This document shows, in pieces, positions 39,910 through 53,178 of a stretch of DNA of 64,000 bases; position 1 is the stretch's first letter, and each line of letters opens with the position of its first letter. Source of the DNA: Camelus ferus (lineage: Eukaryota); the NCBI RefSeq assembly GCF_009834535.1, contig NC_045696.1, positions 77,502,001-77,566,000 of the forward strand. Reading direction: 5' to 3'. The translations under genes were made by a program, and so were the position numbers. The notes beneath the pieces are model-generated. The model did not search any database. It worked only from the letters and a program-made list of their open reading frames with translations, and was not told where the DNA came from.

Positions 39910-41857
39910 TCCTGGACTGGACTGTTACTGGGGGCAAGATTGGTGTCTTATTCATCATTATCTTAGCACCGACATGGAGCTTACTAGTTGTTCATTGAAT
40001 AAAAAAAAGTGAATTGACTAATGAGTAAGTAATTTAATGCACAGAACACTGAAAATAGGTTGCAAAGGGAAGTTACTTTCTTTGGTCATAATTTTCAACA
40101 GCATTTGGAAGTGTAGAAGGAGAATTCCAGTTAGTGCTAAAAATACAGATTGGAGACGCATCCACAAAGGGAGTTTTATTTTTATAAATTAGTGCTATTA
40201 TAATTAATTTTGACCCATTTTACCCCCAAGTCTTCTGCAGAGATTACAACACATATTGTATGTTTTTGTATTCAAAGTTTTTATATTAATTTAGCTCCCT
40301 GTCTCCATTCTCTTACTTTTCTGATGTATAATACATGTCCATCTCGATGGAACATCATAAACCATCAGGACATTGCCCTGCTTCAAAGCCATAAAAAGTT
40401 CCTTCAAACTACCAAACGAAGGATTGAATATCCTGGTCCCATTTTACCTTTTATAGGTCAGTATGACAATTCATGCTACTAGTATTCTAATCCAATTGAA
40501 GACACCTTTGTTTCCTGATTATACTCTAAAAATATTTGTATGCATAACTTCCCATTCTGTTTTCTCGAATGAAAATGGCTTCCTTCATCACTGTATTTTG
40601 AAATTTTAACCTTTTTTAAGACGTAGCTCATATGTCACATTTTCCCTGAAGTCTCGTTAAACTTAAGAGCAAAAGGTGTTTTTCTTCTCTTTTAAAGCGT
40701 ATTTTTTCAACTTTCTTATAGTACTTACTATTTGTTATCATGTACCATACTTCATTACACATTTTATAACTTTCCTATTGAGTAGAAAGCTTTTTTTTTT
40801 TAAGATCAGGATTTTTGTCTTTTGGGAGCCACTATTCTGTGAGGTGGCACAAAACAGATTCAATAATGTAGTTCTTCAGTGACAGTACACAGTAAACATT
40901 GATGGATTCTTTATGTACCTCATACTTTGCATCTCTATCCATTCAACATCACATACTATTATCTTTTGTTTTACAGGCAAGGCACAAAGTCATATATTAG
41001 TAACAGGAAAGAGATCTGTGTATTAACCTGTCAAGTTTCAAAACCCATGCACCCCTTACTAACTCAACTCCCACTGTAAACAGTGAAGAAACACTTTGAT
41101 AAAATTTAAATGAATATTGAGGTTTTACTCCCTGAAAATTAAAATTTTGGTTTAGGTAGACTAATGCCTCTTTTTAACCAGATACGACAATCAGGTAGCA
41201 ATAATGCTCCTTAATGTAACACTCAGTGATGATTCATTAATAAGTTCAATAGTTACTTAAATCTGTACAAATGTTGCAAGCTCAATTATAGGCAACCGTT
41301 TTAAAACCAATGAGTAATCAAGTGATTGTCCACTTGAAATATTGAACTAGAGACATTTCTGGAGAAAATAAACTTGGACTAATTGGACAAAGTATCATCT
41401 ACAGTCAATTTAATCACTGTGTGACATAATAAGTATTTTCAATTTTATTCCATTGTTAATCTTGGCATTTGAAATGATGGTTTGGGGAGTGATTCAGTAA
41501 AGACTGTTTGCTCCAACACATCACAAATTTGTTATTTTAAATATTTCTAGTAAAAAATTGATAAGCTTTTGGGATCTAATAAGTTTGCAACTTCTTTAAA
41601 AAAAAAAAGAAACTGAAGATCTCAGTCTCAAATGAAGTACAATGGGTTTAATCATCTTCAATAATATTACTAAATATAGTTTTTTTTTTCTTATCTAACT
41701 CCTGCCAGAAACATAGAAAGGGACAACATGTCACTTACAAGGCACCTGGACTCTATCTTTCACCTACTAAGAAAAAAGGGAGCAAATACATAATCTTTAT
41801 AGAAAATATACATTTAGAGTGCAACAACAATTTATTACTAAAAAAATCCTAAATTTG

Positions 41858-44800
41858 TATTTCTAGGAAAATGGAGCACTTCTCCCTATTCCTCCATTGA
41901 CTACAACTAGAAAACTTGGACATACATATAAAACAAACAAAAAGGACTTTGAAAGGTACAGAGAAGTCAGGCAGCCTAGGAACATCAGGAACCAAGAGGT
42001 GACACCATGGTGAGTTTCTTGGATTTTCTTTTTGACTCATATATCCCAGATTTAGAGCTGAATGAGCCAGCAATCTGAACACCCCGATGAGATCAGGGGG
42101 AAAAAACCCCCAACAAAATCCTTTTCTCTCGAGCCAGAAGACTGGGAAATGGGTAGCCTAGCAAGGCGAAAAACAGAAAAATTACAGGCTCCACCACTGT
42201 TCCAGGGTGGAGCTGGGAGTCTGTACTTCCACCCTTACCAGGCTCTAGACATCCTAATACCCCCACCCAAGATGGTATCAGAGAGAGCTGGGTAGGGAGC
42301 TGGGATTTTCATTCCTACCTGGTGGTAACAAACAGCCCCTCCTTTGAGATGTCAGCGTACACCACATGTTGAGCCTGGGTTTCCATCCCCACCTGGTAGT
42401 AGTATGGAGCCCTTTCCATTCTCTACTAGGGTGATGTCAGAGGGAACCTAGAGAATCAGGATTTTTACCAGTGCCTGGTAGTAATAAAGCCAACCTGTCC
42501 CACTCACAGAAGTGCCAGTGGAGGCCACACAGAGTGCAGTAACAAGGCAATCCTATGCTTCCCAGTCAAGGAAGTCCCAGTAAACACCTAGTACTAGGGA
42601 GGCAGAACCCCCACCTTCACTCAGCTGTGATGAGGAGCCTCCCCTAGCAGGTGTAAATGGAGGCCTAGAGGGGAATGTGGACTTCTACCTCTACTGGTGA
42701 TAAAGCTCTACCCCATTGTCCCCAGTCAGAGCAGTGTTAGAGGAAGCCAGTTAAAACAGAAAGCTTAATTAAGATTCAGTCTCGCAACAAAAAAAAAAGT
42801 CTAGATTTCAATTTTAAAAAATCACTCATGATAACAAGAATCAGGATGATCTTCAACTGAATCACAAAATATATCAATACACATCAATAACATGGTAACA
42901 AAAATATTAGAATTATAAATATCTTAAAGTAGCCATCGTAAAAATGCTTTCATAAGCAGTTATGAACACAATAAAAACACATGAGAGTATAGAAAGTCTC
43001 AGCAAAGAAAGTCTCAGCCAATAATAAATAGAAGATATAAAAAAACAAATGTAAATTTTAGAACTGTAAAAAAGAACTGAAATTAAAATTCAAAGAATGG
43101 GCTCTACAATAAAACAGAAGACAAAGAAAAAATAAATAAACTCAGAGATAGAATAAAAGTTACTTAAATCTGAACAACAGAGAGAATATAGACTGGGAGG
43201 AAAAACAAACAAAAAGATCTTCGCAGACTTGTGAGACTGTAAGTCCTAACATTTGTGTCATTAGCGTCCTGAAAGGAGAGGAGAAAGAGGGTTGGGCCAA
43301 AAATGTACTTAAAAAGAAATGGCTTAAAACTTTCCAAAGTTGGCAAAAACAATTAAACATACAGATTCAAGGAAATTGAGTTAATCTCAAACTGCATAAA
43401 CCCAAGAAAGTCCAAAGACACATCATAGCCAGATTTCTAAAAACTAAAGACAAAAAGAAGAAAAAGAAGAAGACAAAGAAAGAGTAAGAAAATAAATTTT
43501 GAAACCAGCAAGAGAGAAATAATAATACCTTATCTGTATGGGAGACCGATTTTAATGACAGCCTTTTTTTTTTTAAATCAGAAACCATACAAATCAGAAA
43601 GAAAAGGTAAACATTTTTCAAGTACTGAAAGAAAAGAACTTTAAACATAGAATCTTTATCCAATGAAAGTATACTTCAAGAATAAAGAGAAAATCAGGCA
43701 TTCTGAAAGGAAAACTAAGATAATTTGTCACTTGGCCAAACCTAAAAAAAGGGGATAAAGAAAGTTTACTAAACTAAAATCAAAATAAATGGAGTCTTGG
43801 AAACCAGGGATGTAGAAAGAACAATGCAAGAAGTAAACATATGAGTAAGTGCAATAAATCTCTCTACCTGTCCTGTGTCCCTAAGTTATGTTTGATTGAG
43901 AGAGTCAAATTCTAGCATAGTCTACTATGGTTCTAAATGTTTTTACACAATGACAACACTAGAAAAGCTCTACAAAAAAGATACACTAAAAATTACTGTG
44001 AAATTACTGTCAACAAATTGAAACTGAATTCTAAAATAAAATTCAGATAACCCATAGGAAATTAGAAAAATGAAAAACAGCACAAGCTGAAAACAAAAAA
44101 TAGAATGGCAGGCTGAAGCCCTGATTTATTAATAACTACGTTAAATATAAATAGTCTGTATACATCAAATAAGAGACAGAGATTGGCAAAGTAGATTAAA
44201 AAGCACGACCCAACTCTCTGCTATCTGTGCAGAATTCACTTCAAATACATGATAGGTTGAAATTAAAAGGAGAGAAAAAGATATATAAGGCAAATATTAA
44301 TCAAAAGAAAGCAAGAGTGGTTATACTAATATCAAATAAATCAGACATCAGAGCAAATAAGATTATGAGACAGAAGTGACATTCTATGATAAAAGGGCTA
44401 ATTCACCAAATAGATGTAGTAATCCTAAACATGTATTCACCAAACAACAGAGCTATAAATCATGTAAAACAAAAAGCAATAGACTTTAAAGAAGAAATAG
44501 AAGAAATTAGCAATTCTTGTTGGAGATTTCAATATTGCTCTCTCAACAATAGTAGCAAACAAACAAACAAACAAAACCAAGGATTTAGTAGAAGAACTCA
44601 ACAATATTATCAACCAAAAGTGTCTAATTGGTATCTTTAGAACACACCATCCAACAACAGCAGAATACACATTCTTCTCAAGTGCCTGTGAAACATTTAC
44701 TAAAATAGCCCATATCCTGGGCCGTAAAACAAACCTCAACAAATTTTTATAAAGTGAAATCATACAGATTATATCATGCTAGAATCAAACCAGAAATAAG

Positions 44801-45970
44801 TAGTAGAAATATAATAGGGAAATCTCCAAACACCTGAGAACTAAAACATTTCTAGATGAACTGAACTGAACTTAGTAAAAATAAAATAGAGCATATAAAT
44901 ATTTGGGGAATACAGCTAAAGCAGTGCTGAGAGGGAAAATTATAGCACTAAATGCAGGTATTAGAAAAGACAAGAGTCTCAAATGGATAATTAAGCTCCC
45001 TCCTTGAAAATCTAGGAAACCAAGCAAACAAAAAAAAGGGCAAAATAAACCCAAAGCAAAGATACAGAGAAATTAGATCACTCATACATTTCTGGTGGGA
45101 ATAACAAGTGTTACAGCCACTCTGGAAGACAGTTCAGCAGTTTCTTAATAAATTAAACATTGGACTACCAAACAACCCAGCAATTTCACTCCTGTGCATT
45201 TACTCCAGAGATATGAACACTTATGTTCACACAAAACTCTGTACATGAATGTTTATAGCAGCTTTATTTGTACCAGACCAAAATTGGAAAAACTCAGCTG
45301 TGCTTCCACTGGTGGAGAGTTAAACAGAACGTGGTTCATTCATACCATGGAATACTGCTCAGCAGTAAAAGCCAGTGATGCACTGGTACACCTGACGACT
45401 TGGATACGTCTCCACACTGGGTAATACACTGAGAAAAAAAGAATCAATCCCTATAGGTTATGCTCTATGTGATTCAATTTATGTAACACCCTTTAAATGG
45501 CAAAACTGTAGTAATAAGGAGCAGATTTGTGGTTGACAAAGTTTAAGGCCAGGAGAAAAACTGTAAATGACAATATGCCAGATCCTTGTGGTGATGGAAA
45601 ATTGTTCATCTTGACAGTTCATTGTCAATGTCTTGATTGTGATCTTATTCTGTACACTTGGCTCTGGAACAACTCAGGTTTGAACTGCATGGGTCCACTT
45701 CTATGCGGATTTTTTCAATAAATACATACTACAGATCCATGATTGGTTGAATCCTGGGGTACAGAACCTCAGATAGGGAGGGCCGACTCTAAAGTTAGGT
45801 GTGGATTTCCTACTATGCAGGAACTGGGCACCCCTAACCCTTTCGGTTTGTTCAAGGGTCAACTGTAGTTTTAAAAAGTTACTATTGCGGGAAACCGGGA
45901 GAAGGTACATGGGATCTCTCTGTATTATTTCTTACAACTGCATGTAAGTCTATAATTACCTCGAAATGTC
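41858..45970 (+). mobile_element. Old L1 (L1MC/L1MD-like) with 5'UTR, decayed ORF1, ORF2 endonuclease region and 3'UTR; RT region deleted
   Basis: ORF 44386-44640 MIKGLIHQIDVVILNMYSPNNRA matches the L1 ORF2 EN motif (MIKGSIHQEDITILNIYAPN); 3' end gggatctctctgtattatttcttacaactgcatgt; many stops and frameshifts. Confidence 0.9.
45655..45865 (+). mobile_element. TcMar-Tigger MITE (Tigger2a-like) inserted in the L1 3'UTR
   Basis: TIRs cacttggctctggaacaa / ttgttcaagggtcaactg; TA duplications at 45653-45654 and 45866-45867; internal ggtttgaactgcatgggtccactt. Confidence 0.85.
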
Positions 45971-46005
45971 ATTTTGCTTATTACCTCGAAATGTCATTTT
46001 GCTTA
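45955..46005. repeat. Perfect 25-bp tandem duplication
   Basis: attacctcgaaatgtcattttgctt x2. Confidence 0.95.
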
Positions 46006-48241
46006 AAGAAACACCATACTTAGTTGGTTCTTTCAGACACTGACCAACAGTAAAGGGATCAAAAGATGTTTAAGTGTGAGTAACAGAGTAAGGCTGTCTC
46101 TGAATTATACGAGAATTCCAGGTGAAAGTCATTGGTCAACTTAGGAAAGCAGCTTTTCAGCAGTTGAGTGATGTTTTGGTGATATTTGTTTGGTTAGAGG
46201 ATCCAGGAACACTCAAATTCTGTTTGGATGATCACTCCTCATCACCCTAGAGTTCCCGAAGGAACTACCCATGCATAGAAAACCCAGGGCAAAGATGCCA
46301 TTTTACCCAGAAGCAAAGTGCTTGATACCTCCCCATGCAGAGCTCAGGCAAATCTGGGAAGGAGAATAGGGATTAGCAGGAGGTTTACTAAGTGGGGCCT
46401 CTCTCCTAATCCTGAAATTAGATTTCGGGGCCATTCTCACTTTAGTTAAACTCTAAAGCGATGATGAGCGCATGCAAGGAACTGTGAACCCCTGGAGAGG
46501 ACGAGGCAGGGAGAAGAAGGCAAGAAAGTGATCTTTAAATGACCAGTGATCCTGCCTTCAGTGAACATGACCAATGTCTGGTTTAGTTAGATTAATGGCC
46601 ACTCATCCAGGGGAAAAAGCCAGGTAGTAGGTATGGTGAGAGTTCCTGTAGAGCTGTTTGGCTCTTGACAATCAAATTTGGAATGATTTGACTGGAATTT
46701 TCACTTACAATCCAAGAATTTTGCATCGATTAGACAAAATGATAAAGGAAGAATTAAAACATCTAAAGTCTGTTTTCTCTTCCATGACCCAATTACTGTA
46801 GTGCATACTGGTAATTTGGAGCTTCTCCTCATCCTGATGTCTTGTTATCTGGGAGCAATACACTATACAAGGAGCAATCAGATTACTGAAGCATCTACAT
46901 TGGAGGGCAGAGTACAGTGGTACAGTTCTTGAACAGAGTTCATTGGAGCAGTTCAGGTACTCAGGGCATGTCCAGGGGTAGTGATTCCAAAGGCAAGCAG
47001 GTGTCTTAAAGAGACATGCTTGAGAATTCATCTCATCTGTGCTTGTCTCCTTCTGTCTCTGCCCATTCTGAAAGCTATTCTCCAGACTACCCTTTGATAT
47101 TTTTACCATCCCATGGTAGCTAAATGATTTTACTCTGTGTAGGTTATCCTGAGATGTTTTTGTTGTTCATAACCAATAACACTGGCAGGTACTGTTAAAG
47201 ACAGGACAGGCAATGGATGCTCAAAGAATTTGGAATTAGTTATCTTATTTAGGTAGGAAGCTAAACAAAAACCAGCTGGTTTTCAGGAATATGATTCTGG
47301 CAGACTATAAAATGAAAGGCTGGATTTTCTAATTAAATTATCAGCTGTGTTCTCCCAGAATAAAGCATCCTTTGAAAGCAAGGCTTTATAAAGTCAGGCT
47401 TCTGCTTTGGAACAGTAAGAATAAAAAGAGGAATTTCAGAACAAAGGAGTCATTTAACTACTTTTCAGGACAACAGACAGCTTTTAAAAAGAGAATGGCG
47501 AGCTCAAAATTCTTAATGCACATCATGAAATCCCTGTATTTTCTGTTATCACGTTAGAGCGATAGTTGTAGCCTTGGTAGCCAAGAATCAAACACAAAAT
47601 TTATATCTTAGTCTGCTCAATTATAACACTTATTGAATTCAGTTTAATCACCAGATCTCTTCTGGGAAAGTTAGAGCTTTGAAGAGAATTGGGCATGAGG
47701 CTAAGAGCCGGTATTAGGCCCGTATTGAAAGATTCAGAGGACATTGTGTATCCTGAGCCCCAAACCCACAGTACCTCCTTACCATTTAAATCGGTCCTTC
47801 TTCCCTTGGTTTTGACTGTTTCTCCTTGCTTGTAAATGCTGCAACTCCCTCACCTGAAGTTATTTCTTTAAAAAAAATTATCTTCATTCCCTATCCCTTA
47901 TATTTTATCATTTCTAGATTTTTAATTTTTATCTATTTAATTTGTAGGCAAGTTAAGACATATAATATCCTGAATAATTATGCTAGTTCTAACAGCTGGA
48001 AATATTTGATCATACAGTTTGTTGACCAAAACCCAAAGTCAACAATAATATATACCAAATGAAGTTGGAATAAGGTATTTGTCTTGGTATAATGGAATTC
48101 TAAGATTTAGTGGTTAGAAATACTAGAGAATATTTATCATTTGTGATCTACTCTTTTACTATATTCCCCATGAAGGCCCAGAAAAGGCAATGAGGTACAT
48201 GCCAAAAGCTTTGAAAAGTGCTTTAATAGCTGTTTATTGCC

Positions 48242-48264
48242 TTTTTTTTTTTTTTTTTTTTTTT
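48242..48264. repeat. Poly(T)23 tract
   Basis: Direct reading. Confidence 0.95.
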
Positions 48265-49429
48265 AACAAGCACTTTACTCTAGTGGGAGAAGATGCAGTT
48301 GAAATGAGTTTCCTGGTAGGAATCAGGGGCAAAGTGGTCATGGTTGCAGTGAGATGAAGAAAGTAATTGTGATAATTAAAATGGTCTGAGATTTTTGATG
48401 GTAGCTAATTGGTTATGGAGTTTCATAGAATCACAATACATGCACAGTACACTAAAGTTTATATTTAGGGTAGGTCAGACTGTGAAAAATGTACCAAACA
48501 CACACATACACACCCCTCAAACATATACTCAAATATATAACAGCTCAACACCTTGAAATTTTTTTTTTCTCAAATAACAATTCAAAGTGGTTCCAAGCTG
48601 GAGACTGAAGGGAGAACATGGGTACCATAAAACCATTCAGTGATCCAGGCTGATGGTCCCCCTGCCAGCCTCAACATGCAGTTTCCATGGGGGAGCCTGG
48701 GTTACTCTGGAAGGGAAAAGAATATGAAGGTGTCCATGTGAGAGTTTTTATGGGCCAGACCTACGAGTGGCGGACATCATTTAAGATAACATTCAGTTGG
48801 CTTAGAATTCAGTCACGTAGCAGTTGCAGGGAAAGCTGGAACCGTAACCTTGCTGTGGTCCAGGGGAGAAGAGGAAGGCTATTTTTGTAAACAGCAGTTT
48901 AAAAAAGCTTCATGCGAGAAGCCTGACTAGAACCACAGTGTTAGACTGTTGTAGCCGTTCATCCCAATTCTCGTATCTGAAGCCCAAAGTCTTTTACACT
49001 AACAGGAAGCCAGACTCTTGGAAAATAGTCTGAAATCACATCAAATATATGCTTGGTGAATATTTTTCCTATCCTTCCTTAGAGATCGGTAACCATTTTC
49101 AAAGGAAATGTACTGGGAAATAAGAAACATCCAAACCATTTGGAAATTATTGACTACCACCTGTGAACTAACAGAATACCTAAACCTATAGGAGGCTGAT
49201 GGTCACAGTTTTGTTTTTTTTTTTTTCTCCATAGTTTTCAGAACATTGAGATGAGAATCACAATAGATGGAGAGAAAAAAAGGATATTAATTAGAGATAA
49301 ACTATTGGGTAGTTCCCTATGGGTGTGAGTATATATAAGACAAAGGAGTCTTACATTAGAGTCTAGAATTCTTTTTTGAAATAATTGTGAGAAGAGGAGT
49401 ATTGTGGATATTGAGCAACTAAAGGAGCA

Positions 49430-49985
49430 TATTCCAGTGAGCATTTATTTTAGTCTGCCCAGCATCCAAATGTCCTTCTTATTTGATATGGACCCCAAGC
49501 AAGTTTAATGGCAAGACCCTGCTTTCCACAATGGAAGTCAGAAGAGGGGAAACAATTGTAGAGTTCTCCAGTAGTTGTGGTGGGACTGCGTGACCCAGGC
49601 TCAGTGCATCAGATGCTCTAGCATAGGATTTTGAATCTTGAGGGTTTGATATGAGGTTCAGAGGAAAGTTTAAAATTATTCATGCTCTAGGGTACTTAGC
49701 AGTAGAAGTATAAAGTTGTACATGAAACATACAATGTTATAAAGCAATGTTGCCTCAATTAAAAAAAAACTATTCAACGAGCACCCATGGTACAGTCAAG
49801 AGCCTGTTAGTTTGGTTAGAGCTATTAGAGACTGCTTCTGATGTGATTTCACTGTGTATTTCTGTCTTCATTTTCTGACTTTGGTTCCCCAATACTTTTG
49901 TTAATACTATGAGTGCTTCAATAGTCCTTAAATACATTTCTTTTTTTGTTTAAATTGACCATATATAGTTTCTGTTTCTTAATAC
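49430..49985 (+). mobile_element. Old ERVL LTR (LTR33-like), with a short L1 3'-tail insertion at ~49710-49769
   Basis: gtctgcccagcatccaaatgtccttctt...gtgacccaggctcagtgcatcagatgctct...aaatacatttctttttttgtttaaattgacca...gtttctgtttctt; insert ends aatgttataaagcaatgttgcctcaattaaaaaaaaa. Confidence 0.55.
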
Positions 49986-50477
49986 TAAGTCCCATTAAAG
50001 CAAAAATAGCAACAAAGATGTTTACTCCTTAGTCAGGTTGAAAGAATGAATTGGAAAACATGTTTCAGAAGGAAGAATGTTACTAAAGAAGATTACCAAG
50101 TAATATTAATATTTTGAAAAACCAGTATGATTGGTGATACATGGAAGAAAGTAAAAAAAAAATTGAGATTCCTGTTAATAAATATTATGAAGAAAACAAA
50201 TGGACACAATCCATTATTTTAACTTAGCTCAAAATATCTATATATTTACCTTTTGGCAGGCACCCTGCTAGGCACATACATATACACACACATATATATA
50301 TATGACTTATGCTAACACTGTTTTAAAGTTGGACAGATGACTGGTAGTTTTGCAACTTCTTACAACAATCTGGGTGATAATGGTGTCAAGAGCATGATCT
50401 GAGCTCAGAATCTGCCTTTTTTTTTGTATAAAATTTTAGAAAACTCCAAAAATGAGATATTTTGCCACAACGACTAA

Positions 50478-50985
50478 GGTGGTGGACTGACTGCATTGAC
50501 TATCCCCAATAATAATCTCTGCATATCCTTCGAAATAACATTTTTCAGCAACTTTTATCAAAAGATGAAGCCTTAGATCTAGGCTGACCCTATCATTTGT
50601 GTTGACCTATAAAATATGGCAAAAATGACACTGCATGATTCATTTTAGTCATATCACTAGTCATTTAGGTTGAGTCGTTAATCTTGTCCAAACCTAGGTC
50701 AAGAGACATTGCACATATTTTTTCTCCCTTGAACCGTTGTGACTACTTGATGGAGCCTCCTTGTCCTTGAGATGAGACATCCCAGCTGAGGCTGCCTTAG
50801 ACCAGCTAGACTAACCCCCAGCTCCTCTCCACCTGACCACAAGCATATGAGTGAGCCCCGCCTAGAGCTGCCAAGTTCAGCCCAAATCAGACCACTTAGC
50901 CAACTCACAAATTCATGAGAAATAATAAATGATGCTTATTTTAAGCTTCTAAGTTTTGCTTACACAGTAACAGTTAACTAATACA
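50478..50985 (+). mobile_element. MaLR solo LTR (MLT1H-like)
   Basis: cacaaattcatgagaaataataaatgatgcttattttaagcttctaagtttt...acacagtaacagttaactaataca. Confidence 0.8.
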
Positions 50986-51309
50986 AGCAGTAATATTTAG
51001 TATTCATAAGTGTTCTTAAAGCATTAATATGCCTGTTGGATCAACAAAGCAAATTTATGGCCTCTGCAATCTGCATGATGTGAATTAAGCACCTTGAGTT
51101 TTTTGACAGTCTATGGGAAATATCTATACTTCCATAATATTGTGATTAATCAAAACTAATTTAAGTAGCCTGACTAGTTTAGAGAATTAGGATTTTTCAT
51201 ATTTCCAATAATTAAATCAAAAGATCTATATAGGATAAGTCTTCTTGGGTTGGGATCAGAGGAAGGAGAGCATATGCAGTCCATCCAACAACAGAAATAT
51301 CAGTAAGTG

Positions 51310-51520
51310 TGAATATTTATTGCGTGCTTACCCTGCGCCAGGCTTTATGCTAAGTACTTAGTTTTCATTCTCATTTTTAACCCTGGGTGACACTCAGACT
51401 ATTTTCTACAGGGAATCCATACATCCACTGTGTCTAGTCTGATTAAAGGTAAGCCCACGGAGCGTGAGCTGTCACAGCTCATCAGAGTCCGTTTGCAGAC
51501 TGCCAGTACCCAGAGCTGGT
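51310..51520 (-). mobile_element. MIR SINE
   Basis: atatttattgcgtgcttaccctgcgccaggctttatgctaagtactt is the reverse MIR tail. Confidence 0.65.
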
Positions 51521-51811
51521 CTGGGATTTAGCAGCAGCTGCTGTGGCTGCACCTGTGAAGTGGAAACTCAGCACCTAGGAGTAATGTCAGCAGGATGGAG
51601 CTTCTGCAGGGAATTGTGCATGGAGGCGGTAGTATGGAGATTTCTGGAGTCCATTAAAGGGGTGTTCGGTTTTCCAAAAGCCCAGAGAATCAGCTTCAGG
51701 AAAGACATTCACATGAACGGCTTCTTTCTAGATCTGGGGACTGAATGATTGCTTAATGAAGTCCCAAACTAAGGCAAATGGCCACTGGAGGAAGCAGTTG
51801 CCCCTGTAAGA

Positions 51812-51996
51812 CAGAGGTTCATGGTATTCACGGTTATCTTCTTCAGAATCATCTGGGGAACAAGTTTTAAAGTGCAGGTGACTGAGCCCAATCCCTGCAG
51901 TTTCTATTTAGTGGATCTGAGATTGGGCTCAAGAATTTGTATTTTTAATAAGTACCTTCCTTGAGCTTTATAGTTAAGCGAATTTGGGAAATGCTG
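51812..51996 (+). mobile_element. hAT-Charlie MITE, MER5-type
   Basis: cagaatcatctgggga...agtggatctgagattgggctcaagaatttgtatttttaataag...tttgggaaatgctg. Confidence 0.75.
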
Positions 51997-52211
51997 CTGA
52001 TGTAGGGATTCAAGCATCAAGCTCTCTTGCAGCAGGCAGCAAGGAAGGACATAACTAAGAAGTGGGTTTGCAAGGCTGAAGCAGTGTGACCGTAGGCAAA
52101 ACTGAACAGACTAGAAAGAGGGGACTGTGTGAAACAAGCAGCAAGTTTTCCTAGGCTAAGGGGTCCTGAGAAACAACTGATCTTGTACTTCCCTGTGTGG
52201 CCTAAGTTAAT

Positions 52212-52800
52212 GATTCATTCATTCATTCATTCATTCATTCTTTATATACTGAGTGTTACTGTGGATCAGGCACTGGTTTGGGTTTGCCAAACTAAATGTT
52301 TTGTTATAAATTACCCAATCCTGAAGGGTGTCACAGTCTAACAAGAGGGATAGACACATAAATGGTAATTAAAAAGCTCATGGTTTTGGTGTTGTCACAG
52401 AAGTAGAAACAAAATGAGATGGAAGTAGAAAATGGAGTAATTTACTGAAAGGAGAGGTCTGGAAGGACTTCAGTAGGACTTGATCTTGAAGGATGAATAA
52501 GAGTTTTCACAAAGCAAAGGGGATGAAGGGCATCTCAGGCAGAGGGAACAGTATGTGCAAAGGCATTAAAAGAATCAGATATTTCAAGTGGAGTGATAAT
52601 AAAACACATTGTGGCTAGAGGGCAGAGTCCAAGGGGCCGGGGAGTGTAGTAACCAAGGAAAGTGGGGTCAGGTAGTGAAAGTATCTTTGTAATTTTATGC
52701 TAAGAAATTTGGAAATTATCAAGAACTCTATGAAGAGTCAATTCAGCCATCAGGTGTTTTTTTTAACAGGAAAATAATTCTCAGATTTATTTTTAAGAAT
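52212..52800 (-). mobile_element. L2 LINE 3' region with expanded (TTCA)n tail
   Basis: attcattcattcattcattcattcattc then cttgaaggatgaataagagttt...ggcagagggaacagtatgtgcaaaggc. Confidence 0.85.
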
Positions 52801-52844
52801 ATTTCCTGTATTTAATGCAACACGTGCACCATACCTTGAGTATA

Positions 52845-53178
52845 TGCTACAGATTGAATTATGTCCTCAAAATGGTATGTTGATACTCTAACCCCCAGTG
52901 TGATGGTATTTGGAAGTAAGGCCTTTGGGATGTAATGAAGGTATGGCCAGGAGAGGATTAGTGTCCTTATAAGAAGAGAGTCCAAATCTCCCTACCTCTC
53001 TCTACTATGTGAGGACTCAGTTAGAAGGTGGTAATCTATCAGCCAGGAAATGGTCTCTCACCTGTGGACCCTTTGATCTTGGACTTCCCAGCCATCCCAG
53101 AACTGTGAGAAATAAGTATTTATTTTTCAAGCCATGCAGTTCATGGTTTCATTAGGGCAGACTGAGTGGACTAAGCTA
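52845..53178 (+). mobile_element. MaLR solo LTR (MLT1A-like)
   Basis: tgctacagattgaattatgtcctcaaaa...ctaacccccagtgtgatggtatttgga...ttgatcttggacttcccagcc...agaactgtgagaaataa. Confidence 0.85.

Noticed and set aside
44386..44640. 84-aa ORF with an endonuclease-like motif
   Set aside because: Decayed L1 ORF2 fragment with a frameshift, not a host gene.
46705..47109. 134-aa minus-strand ORF
   Set aside because: No recognisable domain, splice context or retrocopy hallmarks; the length is within chance expectation.
48216..48276. Poly(T)23 flanked by a 9-bp inverted repeat (aaagtgctt/aagcacttt)
   Set aside because: No TSD or element body; a 9-bp match in AT-rich DNA is plausible by chance.
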